Source: Candidatus Heimdallarchaeota archaeon
Lineage (GTDB): Archaea; Asgardarchaeota; Heimdallarchaeia; Heimdallarchaeales; DAOWED01
Reading direction: 5' to 3'
Assembly: GCA_030638685.1 (NCBI GenBank)
Contig: DAOWED010000139.1
Span: forward strand, 1-13,721
DNA: 13,721 nucleotides
In this document: piece by piece, positions 6,620-13,721 of the stretch
Layout: each line of letters starts with the position of its first letter
How positions within the stretch are numbered: the stretch's first letter is position 1
Made by a program: the position numbers and the translations under genes
Notes under the pieces: model-generated
Told to the model about the DNA's origin: nothing
What the model saw: only the letters and a program-made list of their open reading frames with translations
Database searches by the model: none

Positions 6620-6785
6620 ATATATCTACCAGTTATTTTAATTAATTTGCTCCTAATAATTTACAGATATTATGAATCATAAGATTTGTTTATAATTAAG
6701 ATAATTAACTATACTGAGTAAAAATCACCCAGTAATAAATGCTTTCATTGTGGGAATGGTAACTATAACATTTTATTATTTTTCT

Positions 6786-6811
6786 TTGCGCATAGGCGTC
6801 GTTATGTGCAA
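6786..6811. promoter_or_regulatory. Imperfect palindrome TTGCGCATA-N8-TATGTGCAA. It forms a GC-rich island in a ~400-bp AT-rich spacer.
   Basis: The half-sites are 8/9 reverse-complementary. The sequence is of the kind bound by dimeric transcription factors, or it could form a hairpin in RNA. It lies between the divergent zinc-ribbon and PhzF genes. Confidence 0.25.
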
Positions 6812-7026
6812 AGGCAGTTTGAGTGAGAGTAGAGTAAGTTCAAAGGGATAGTTTTTCAAAAAGATGCAACAAAATAATCAAAAAAAGGAAAAAATGGTGA
6901 AAAATGTTCAGATATTTTATAAAAAAAAGTTTTAGCAATTGTGTTATAATCAAGTTTTTCAAAAAACCTTGAAATACTTCAAAAGAAGTCTTTATTTAGC
7001 TTGAAAAACCTCGTTAAGTGGTAATA

Positions 7027-7872
7027 ATGTCTGAATTAACTATTTTCACAATTGACTCGTTCACTACTAAACCTTTTACAGGTAATCCTGCAGCTGTTTG
7101 TTTGTGTAATCATCCATTAGATGAACAATTGATGCTTAATATAGCTAAAGAGATGAATCTTTCAGAAACAGCTTTTGTAGTACCGATTGATGGACCAGAT
7201 CACAAATCAGCTTCTATATTTCAACTAAGATGGTTTACACCGGCAGTTGAAGTACCATTATGTGGTCATGCTACATTGGCAACGGCTCATGTACTATTTA
7301 ATGAACTAGGTAACACTAATGAACTACTCACTTTTGAAACTATAAAAAGTGGAGAACTCTTTGTAACCAAAGCAAAGGATGGACTTCAGATGAATTTCCC
7401 TCAAGGAAAACCTGAAAGTATAAAAATATTCGAGGAAATATTAGTGCCTCTTGGAATAAAAAAAGAAGATGTAATTCAAATGAGCTATTGTAATGTGCTA
7501 GCTGATTTAGTAATTGAAGTAAAAAGTGTTGAAATAATAACTCAACTTAAACCTGACTATAGCAAATTGATTAAGATAAATGATCCAGAAGGAATAAATG
7601 GAGTAATAGTAACTGCAAAAGATGAAAGAGAAGAGTACGATTTTGCTTCAAGATACTTTGTTCCATGGGTAGGAGTGGACGAAGATCCAGTAACTGGGGC
7701 AATTCACACCATTCTTGGACCATACTGGGTAGAAAAAATGGGGAATAAAATGTTTAACGCCTTTCAAGCTAGTGAAAGAACAGGTGAAATGCAATTACAA
7801 TTATTTGAAGAACGAATTATTCTGCAAGGAAAAGCAATAACTATGATGAAAGGAAAACTAAAATTAGTTTAA
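7027..7872 (+). CDS. PhzF-family protein (phenazine biosynthesis-like, DAP-epimerase-fold isomerase).
   Basis: The N-terminus MSELTIFTIDSFTTKPFTGNPAAV matches the PhzF-family start (M..L.i.qVDAFT..pF.GNPaaV). The ORF track starts at GTG 7018, but the ATG at 7027 gives the family-typical N-terminus. The TATA-like TCTTTATTTAG lies ~30 nt upstream. Confidence 0.85.
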   Translation: MSELTIFTIDSFTTKPFTGNPAAVCLCNHPLDEQLMLNIAKEMNLSETAFVVPIDGPDHKSASIFQLRWFTPAVEVPLCGHATLATAHVLFNELGNTNELLTFETIKSGELFVTKAKDGLQMNFPQGKPESIKIFEEILVPLGIKKEDVIQMSYCNVLADLVIEVKSVEIITQLKPDYSKLIKINDPEGINGVIVTAKDEREEYDFASRYFVPWVGVDEDPVTGAIHTILGPYWVEKMGNKMFNAFQASERTGEMQLQLFEERIILQGKAITMMKGKLKLV

Positions 7873-8015
7873 TAATCTTTAATTGTGGATCTCTAGCTAT
7901 TAATTAATTATCAAAGTCGGGAATGTTGATTTAATCTTCTCTACTCTTTTATTTACTTAAGAATTTTATTAAGTATAAGCAAAAAGTATTTAGAGTAACA
8001 CTGCAATTATTCTTA

Positions 8016-9194
8016 ATGACAATTTTACTACCATTAATCTGTATAGTCTATGGCATACCGATTCTCGTAGTTTTGTCATCTTTAATTCGTTTGTATATCC
8101 AAAATAAAGCGAATTCATCTCTTTTATTGATTATTTTTGTTCTTAGTTTATCAGTATGGTTATTTTCATCCCTTCCTTGGCAACTTGACTTGAATGTTGA
8201 AGAAGAAGTAGTACAAATCTTGTTTAAGATAGGTGTAATTTGTGGTTCGGTAGGGCTAATTACTTTAATGATGATTTTCTCAAGATCATATATCTCATAT
8301 AAAGTGAGTATACTGGCCAGAATAGCAATAACGTTTTATTTAATTGTTATAGGGATAGCAATCTCTTCTATTGCTGAGCCTGAAAATGAATTCTACAATC
8401 TTATTAGAGTAGTAGAAAATTGGGAAGCCACTTATCATCCATTGATTTTTTACATAATAAATCTTGCACATTTATTCTTCTTAGCTTCACTCGTACTTGG
8501 AGTAAGGGATCTAAATTCTCTTCCTGAGCATTTAATGGAGCCAAGAAATAAGACGATAAACACTTTAATTGCATTTACATTCGTTATAACCTTAATAACA
8601 AACTCATTATTTTTCATTCTTGATCCAATTTATGGCATAATTTCTCGTTTAATGGTTATTCTGATTGTTTTATTTCTGGCATATTATGTAGCCCATGAAC
8701 CGATAATGGTTTTTTTTGATATCTCTAACCCTAAAAAAATCATAAAAGAAGGATATATTGGTTACTCATTATCAGCTTTGACACAATTGGGACCCTCACC
8801 AATACACTACTCTGAGGCGTTTAATAACCGTTTTAAAATTGAAGCTTCTGAAATGGTAACAAATTCAATTTTAAGCTTAACAGTAGTGAGCTCTTCTAAA
8901 GATTTGGAAGAAACAGTCATTATGCTTCCTTTTGCAAAAAAAGATGATATTGTATCACTAAATATTTCATTTACAATGTACGATCCAACGTTTGATGACC
9001 CAAGACATAATAATATGAATATGTGTGTGATCGCAATTCTAATACCATATTTCAAGGCATCACTAAGAAATGTAAAGAAACTTCAAGCAGTAATTAGAAC
9101 TGAATTAGAAAAAATACCTGAGCTTTCAAAGTTTACAGAAGAGAATTTGGTTGAGATAGTAGCACAAGCACTGACGACTATAGAACTAGTTTAA
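8016..9194 (+). CDS. Polytopic membrane protein (~7 TM in the N-terminal 230 aa) with a ~160-aa C-terminal soluble domain. Function unknown.
   Basis: The 392-aa ORF has a strongly hydrophobic N-terminal two-thirds with regularly spaced helices. The C-terminal part is hydrophilic (KIIKEGYIGY...TTIELV). No family is recognised. Confidence 0.6.
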   Translation: MTILLPLICIVYGIPILVVLSSLIRLYIQNKANSSLLLIIFVLSLSVWLFSSLPWQLDLNVEEEVVQILFKIGVICGSVGLITLMMIFSRSYISYKVSILARIAITFYLIVIGIAISSIAEPENEFYNLIRVVENWEATYHPLIFYIINLAHLFFLASLVLGVRDLNSLPEHLMEPRNKTINTLIAFTFVITLITNSLFFILDPIYGIISRLMVILIVLFLAYYVAHEPIMVFFDISNPKKIIKEGYIGYSLSALTQLGPSPIHYSEAFNNRFKIEASEMVTNSILSLTVVSSSKDLEETVIMLPFAKKDDIVSLNISFTMYDPTFDDPRHNNMNMCVIAILIPYFKASLRNVKKLQAVIRTELEKIPELSKFTEENLVEIVAQALTTIELV

Positions 9195-9530
9195 TTTTTC
9201 TTTTTTAATAACATACTTTTCTTCCCACCTAGGATACTCCTCTTTAGATAATAATAGATATTCAAATGGGTGATTAAGCGGAAAATTGGATTTTTCATCT
9301 ATTTCAGCAATTATTGCAGCTCTTTCTATTTGCCTTTTTGGAATATCTCCTACAATTGCTATATCGATATCACTTCCTCCAACGAGTTTTCCTTCAAGAG
9401 CACTTCCAAAAAGATAAATTTCAGGATCATTAAGTACTGATTTTATACTCTCAACCATTATTGGAAGATATTTCCTGAAATTAAAAAGCATTTCCAGTCT
9501 TACTTTTTCAGCTTCCGATATTTTTAACAA
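9186..9530 (-). CDS. Minimal nucleotidyltransferase (MNT / MntA-like), probable antitoxin partner of the adjacent HEPN protein.
   Basis: The 114-aa ORF carries LFGSALEGKLVGGSDIDIAIV, a textbook pol-beta-type NTase motif (hG[GS]-x9-13-Dh[DE]h). It overlaps the upstream HEPN ORF by 23 nt. Confidence 0.75.
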   Translation of the reverse strand: MLKISEAEKVRLEMLFNFRKYLPIMVESIKSVLNDPEIYLFGSALEGKLVGGSDIDIAIVGDIPKRQIERAAIIAEIDEKSNFPLNHPFEYLLLSKEEYPRWEEKYVIKKEKLN

Positions 9531-9885
9531 GTAATGTCAACTCCTCTGCAATCAAGATGGCCCTTTCAGCATCTTCTTTTTCGTATTGGAAATCCATGTA
9601 CCTTGCTGTAATATGTGCTCCTTCAAGAAAGATGAGTAGCTCTCGGTCATAAGTAAGTTCAGTATTAGCTGCATCGTTTAAGATTGATATTAGCTGTCTT
9701 AATGAGTGAATTTTTGGAGTGGCTCCTGTGAATTCTAGTATTTTAGCTTCTAGATATAACTGAACTGATTGCACTGCTAAAAAACATGTCAAATCCCAGT
9801 CATCACTTTCAAATCTTTGTTTTGCACCTTCTAAGAAATTGTTACCTCTTTTTAGCAATAAATTTACTTCATCACTTTGACTCAT
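9508..9885 (-). CDS. HEPN-domain protein (HepT-like), probable toxin partner of the MNT.
   Basis: The 125-aa ORF is all-helical. The segment CFLAVQSVQLYLEAKILEF resembles the conserved HEPN helix (a.f.a.QaaE..lKa.l). A C-terminal motif region LEGAHITARYMD has conserved R and Y. It is paired and overlapping with an MNT gene. The assignment is weaker than for the MNT. Confidence 0.55.
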   Translation of the reverse strand: MSQSDEVNLLLKRGNNFLEGAKQRFESDDWDLTCFLAVQSVQLYLEAKILEFTGATPKIHSLRQLISILNDAANTELTYDRELLIFLEGAHITARYMDFQYEKEDAERAILIAEELTLLVKNIGS

Positions 9886-9933
9886 ACGTAAAATTAGTAA
9901 CTAGTCTATTTATGTTTTCCTTAAATATCTAAA

Positions 9934-11772
9934 TTATTCCTCTTCTTCTCCCAGTCTAATTTTCATCGGTCGTGAATGACCTCCATGATAAATACTTTGA
10001 GCTACAAAAGGAACTTTGGCTTGTGCTAGGAATCCTGGACCATCTTCCGGAATATCTGATAATGGTTCTCTTTTAAGGTCATCTTCTTCTGCAGCAACAT
10101 CTATTATTTTATCTATACTTTTTTGTATTGAAGGCTTTACTGCGGGGAGATGGATTTTCCCTTCACTCAATGCTTCTTCCAGTGCCATTATTCTATCGAT
10201 ATCGTCATATGAGCTATTTCTTCCTTTCAAGACCAATGCTAATCCCCAATTTTCTGGAGTGATTTCTAAGTATCTTTCCATTGATTTTCTTCTAATGAGA
10301 AGATGTTCTCCATAGAGTGAAAGATTAATCAGATCTAATTCTGCTATTCTGCTTTCCTTTGCAAAAATCATCAATGTTCTCTCTTCTTCCATATTTCTGC
10401 TGAGATCGTAAAAACTCATGAAAAAGATTATTGGGCTGATAAAATTAATCAGAATAATTCCTTGAAGAACAAAGCTCATCATCTCTGATTCTATACTAGT
10501 TAATGATGCACAGAACTGAATGCTGATTAGTGATAAAATTCCTCCACTTGCAATAAATAACCCAACTCTAAATCCCGGAAGTCTTTGAGGGATCCTGAAT
10601 AGTGAATAGTATTTTTGAACGTTCTCAGTTCTAGTACCAATGTCCCAGTTTGAAGCAACTTTTTCGAAGAGACCTTGGTTCATCCAAACATTAACAAAAT
10701 CAAACGGTCTTGTCAATAAAGCTAGTAATGGTCCTAGAGTTAAAAGAACTAACACTAATCCATAGTTATCTTCTGGTAAGAAAGGTAAGATTGTTTTATT
10801 AAGTCCTCCTTCTTCACTTATTCCAGCTTCCCCAATCAGAAAACGAATTATTGCATAAAAACTTGAGAAAACACTTGCTATGATTAAAATTAATGCTATC
10901 CACGCTTGAAATTGAGATGATAACCCTTTGATGTTGGAACCTTTCTTATCATTAGTTTTTATTTTTTTACCCTCGAGAATAGACCAGTTTTTGGCTTGAG
11001 AATACTGATTAATAGCAAAAAGGTAAAAGAATTTTCCACTAATTCTAGTAACAATCATTGCCATTGGTAAGAAAAATAGTCCTACTAGTATTCCTTCAAT
11101 TGTAATTATATCATATAACATCCCTATTAATCCTCCGAGGAAGTATGCTGCTATACCACCCAAGATGATCAAAACGTTTCCTTTACCCGTAAATAATGTA
11201 GTTAACTCATCAGGTAAATGATTTTTCTTTTGTAATAATCGAAGTGTTTCTTTATACTCATCCGGAAAACTATCAATTTTGGCATAATTTTCAGATTTAG
11301 GCTTCTTTAAGCTTGCACCTATAACACTAAGATAAATAACTAAAACAATAAATCCAATACCGAACCAGCTGATATAAGAGGCATACTCTATTGTTTCTTC
11401 AACATTTGAACCAAATTCACCCCGGACTTGAGTTAGTGCACTAATAAAAATAGCCATCACAAGCCAGAAAATAATAAAAACAATTGAATAATTCATAAGT
11501 TTAAACTTATCATCTTTTACTTCTGACCATGATGCAGTATGATAATATTTAGCTTCTTTATCTTTTTCACCTTCAATATACTCTCGAGGGATTTGAATGT
11601 TTAAGTAACCTCTTCTATAGATTAGTAAACCTATGAGAAAACCAAAACCTGAAAAAGCTAGTATCAAAAGATTAGACTCAAAGAAGTAACCAACAGAACT
11701 TAAGACGCTAGTAACTATCAGCAAAGCAATTATCATTCTTGAGGAGGGATTATCGTTAGTACTGAGTGACAT
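9934..11772 (-). CDS. Large polytopic membrane protein (~10 TM, 612 aa) with a ~150-aa hydrophilic C-terminal domain. Function unknown.
   Basis: The ORF is long with multiple hydrophobic helices. The C-terminus is acidic and hydrophilic (…EEDDLKREPLSDIPEDGPGF…LGEEEE). No family is recognised. Confidence 0.6.
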   Translation of the reverse strand: MSLSTNDNPSSRMIIALLIVTSVLSSVGYFFESNLLILAFSGFGFLIGLLIYRRGYLNIQIPREYIEGEKDKEAKYYHTASWSEVKDDKFKLMNYSIVFIIFWLVMAIFISALTQVRGEFGSNVEETIEYASYISWFGIGFIVLVIYLSVIGASLKKPKSENYAKIDSFPDEYKETLRLLQKKNHLPDELTTLFTGKGNVLIILGGIAAYFLGGLIGMLYDIITIEGILVGLFFLPMAMIVTRISGKFFYLFAINQYSQAKNWSILEGKKIKTNDKKGSNIKGLSSQFQAWIALILIIASVFSSFYAIIRFLIGEAGISEEGGLNKTILPFLPEDNYGLVLVLLTLGPLLALLTRPFDFVNVWMNQGLFEKVASNWDIGTRTENVQKYYSLFRIPQRLPGFRVGLFIASGGILSLISIQFCASLTSIESEMMSFVLQGIILINFISPIIFFMSFYDLSRNMEEERTLMIFAKESRIAELDLINLSLYGEHLLIRRKSMERYLEITPENWGLALVLKGRNSSYDDIDRIMALEEALSEGKIHLPAVKPSIQKSIDKIIDVAAEEDDLKREPLSDIPEDGPGFLAQAKVPFVAQSIYHGGHSRPMKIRLGEEEE

Positions 11773-11895
11773 CGTTATCTTACTAAGATTTTATTTGGAT
11801 TAATTAAATGTTGCTCCGATCAGTAAATAACAGACAATTGCATAAATCATAAATACATTATGAAAAAGAGTAGGAGGAGAGAAATAGATAGAAAA

Positions 11896-13689
11896 CTAAC
11901 CAGTGATCATAGCTTGTATATCCCTAGGGTCAGCATCACCGCTTCCTTCAATCTCGTAAGTGATAGAGAACTCCCCTTCTGGGTCTATTTCCTCAAAAAC
12001 CCATTTCAATATCGTTCCTTCACTTGATTCTTTAACCGTTTCAGCTCTGACTGATGGAAACTCTTTGGTTGAACCCACTAGCTCAAATCCAGCAGGAATT
12101 TTATCCAATATTTGGACATTTGATGCAATACCTGTTCCTTTGTTAATCCCTTTGATTTTTACCTCATATCTTTTAAGGTTTTTAGCAGTTGCTCTTGCAG
12201 AAACACTTTTACCAATCCTAATTCTTCTTCTACTGTGCATTACCGTTATAACAGGTACTTCTCCTTCTCCGAGAGAAGAGATAGCCCATCGTGCAGTAGG
12301 TGGTTTTTGATTGGCTTTAACTTCTACTAAGCCGAAATATTCCTTATCTGGTTTTGGTGAAATTGCATAGATCGGGAAAATTAACTCAATCCATTGACCT
12401 GTTTCAAGTTTTCCTTGTTCTGTTTGATCTAAATCCTCAATAACTGCCTTAATGCTGTGTAAGTCACCAACAGCTTCAATACTGATTTGATAATTTTCTT
12501 CATCAAGTTTGACCACATCTCCACCCATCCTCATTACAGTTATTTCTTCAGCTTCAGGGGGTTTGAAATCCTCTGGCACAAAATCTTCGATTAAGACCGT
12601 TGTGAGTGGTGAATTTCCAACCGATTCAATTTTTAAAGTTGTGAAGACTTCTGAAGGACGATAGCTTGGAACCATTAAAGTATTGTACGTCTTTTCTGTT
12701 TGAACCCTAATGTAAGATAACTCAAAACCGGGAACTTTGATCTTAGTATCTACTTGCCTTAAAACAGTGTATCCCACCGTAAAATCACAAGTGTGACCAA
12801 ATTCTGGTGTTTCATCACTTTCTAATTCAAAAGTAACAGGGAAGACTTCTGCCGGATTAACAATCCTCTCTTCCATGGAAGCATTTTGATAATCCCAAGT
12901 ATTGACTACTTCTCCTTCCTCTGCTTCTCCAAGCCAAATTTCACACTTTTTCATGTAGAAATCAAACTCTGAAATGTTTTCTAACTCGAAATGGCATTCC
13001 CAATTATCGGGATTTTCTTCTTGTTCTATCCTTTCCAAAAATTGAAAATTATCAGAAATACCGTCTAAAAAGGAAATGTTGACTTTCGAATAGGTTTCTT
13101 CACTGATTTTACAATTAACAATTACTTCTCCTGCAGAATACGATGTTTCTTCACCCATGCTAATTTCTAAATCAACAGCAATTTCAACAGTTGCTTTTGG
13201 TTCTAATGATTCGACTGTCCATCTTAAGTAAGACCGTTCAGAAGAGGCATCTCCTATGCTATGATGTAATCTTTTAATGGATGCAAGATCTGGAATTTTC
13301 TTAACAATTTCAATATCAGATAAAACCCATTGTGATTTATTAGTAACAGTAAGAGTGTACTTAACTTTAGTTTCAACTCCTTGAGTTAACATTGGGGCAA
13401 TAGTTTCGTCTCCTTGTTGCTCATCATACTTTTGCTCAATTTTAAGTAATGAATCTTTAACTTCAAAATCATACTCTTGGGACCATTGGTCTTGAGCTGC
13501 TAGTTCACCAACTTTAACATAAGAATCAGGCTTTTTTCCATCAACCTTAATTTTACTTTCATCTTCTAAAATCATGTCAATTGACCAGATTCTATCAATT
13601 TCTCCAGTGTTTTTGACAACTAAATGGCCCTTGGAGATTGGAGGAACATCAACATCAAGCTCTCCTTCATGAGTTAAGGAATAAGTCAT
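11896..13689 (-). CDS. Large beta-rich protein with at least two DUF11-type (conserved repeat domain, Ig-like) modules. Its N-terminus is possibly truncated by the window edge.
   Basis: The segments KVKYTLTVTNKSQWVLSDIEIVKKIPD and YEVKIKGINKGTGIASNVQILDKIPAGFELV fit the DUF11 signature (Y.l.v.N.G...a.nv.v.D.lP.G...v). The reading frame stays open upstream of the ATG at 13689 to the end of the window (…KGLNAVIRE-MTYS…). The true start may therefore lie outside. There is no signal peptide at M13689. Confidence 0.6.
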   Translation of the reverse strand: MTYSLTHEGELDVDVPPISKGHLVVKNTGEIDRIWSIDMILEDESKIKVDGKKPDSYVKVGELAAQDQWSQEYDFEVKDSLLKIEQKYDEQQGDETIAPMLTQGVETKVKYTLTVTNKSQWVLSDIEIVKKIPDLASIKRLHHSIGDASSERSYLRWTVESLEPKATVEIAVDLEISMGEETSYSAGEVIVNCKISEETYSKVNISFLDGISDNFQFLERIEQEENPDNWECHFELENISEFDFYMKKCEIWLGEAEEGEVVNTWDYQNASMEERIVNPAEVFPVTFELESDETPEFGHTCDFTVGYTVLRQVDTKIKVPGFELSYIRVQTEKTYNTLMVPSYRPSEVFTTLKIESVGNSPLTTVLIEDFVPEDFKPPEAEEITVMRMGGDVVKLDEENYQISIEAVGDLHSIKAVIEDLDQTEQGKLETGQWIELIFPIYAISPKPDKEYFGLVEVKANQKPPTARWAISSLGEGEVPVITVMHSRRRIRIGKSVSARATAKNLKRYEVKIKGINKGTGIASNVQILDKIPAGFELVGSTKEFPSVRAETVKESSEGTILKWVFEEIDPEGEFSITYEIEGSGDADPRDIQAMITG

Positions 13690-13721
13690 TTCTTCTCTGA
13701 TAACAGCATTTAATCCTTTAA

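Noticed and set aside
6406-6645. A 79-aa plus-strand ORF overlapping the zinc-ribbon gene.
   Set aside because: It is antisense to a gene with a strongly conserved C4 zinc-ribbon signature. Its product is low-complexity and hydrophobic with no motif, so it is almost certainly a shadow ORF.
6700-7017. Tiny ORFs (15-22 codons, e.g. MCKGSLSESRVSSKG and MQQNNQKKEKMVKNVQIFYKKKF) in the long spacer upstream of PhzF.
   Set aside because: They have no SD or promoter context, their composition simply reflects the local A-richness, and they are too short to support from sequence alone.
8807-9055. An 82-aa minus-strand ORF inside the 7-TM gene.
   Set aside because: It is embedded antisense in a long ORF with a coherent TM topology and has no supporting signals.
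10016-10315. A 99-aa plus-strand ORF inside the 612-aa membrane protein gene.
   Set aside because: It is antisense and Ser-rich low-complexity, consistent with a shadow ORF.
11960-12310. A 116-aa plus-strand ORF inside the DUF11 protein gene.
   Set aside because: It is antisense to a gene with recognisable DUF11 repeats, so it is a shadow ORF.

Overview
The window is AT-rich (roughly one-third GC by eye) and looks archaeal. Evidence for that is an F420-dependent Mer-like luciferase-family oxidoreductase, A/T-rich TATA-like elements 15-35 nt upstream of start codons, oligo-T tracts after stop codons, and SD motifs of the GGAGG type. I could support 14 protein genes plus one partial gene at the left edge. 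They are: a Mer-like F420 oxidoreductase; a translationally coupled NfeD-like / flotillin-like (SPFH) operon whose NfeD gene carries an internal His/Asp hexapeptide repeat array encoded by near-perfect 18/36-bp tandem DNA repeats; an uncharacterised 183-aa protein; a three-gene module of two paralogous Cys-rich small proteins flanking a V4R-like Cys-containing protein; a conserved small C4 zinc-ribbon protein; a PhzF-family isomerase-like protein; a 7-TM membrane protein; a convergent overlapping HEPN/MNT (HepT/MntA-like) toxin-antitoxin pair; a ~10-TM 612-aa membrane protein; and a large DUF11-type (Ig-like repeat) protein whose N-terminus may lie beyond the right edge. I recognised no rRNA, tRNA, CRISPR array, transposase or integrase by eye. 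The most novel candidate is the duplicated Cys-rich protein / V4R-like protein module at 4851-6240. Secondary points of interest are the repeat-encoded acidic His/Asp linker in the NfeD homolog, a GC-rich palindrome in a long AT-rich spacer, and the unusual gene order and overlap of the HEPN/MNT pair.
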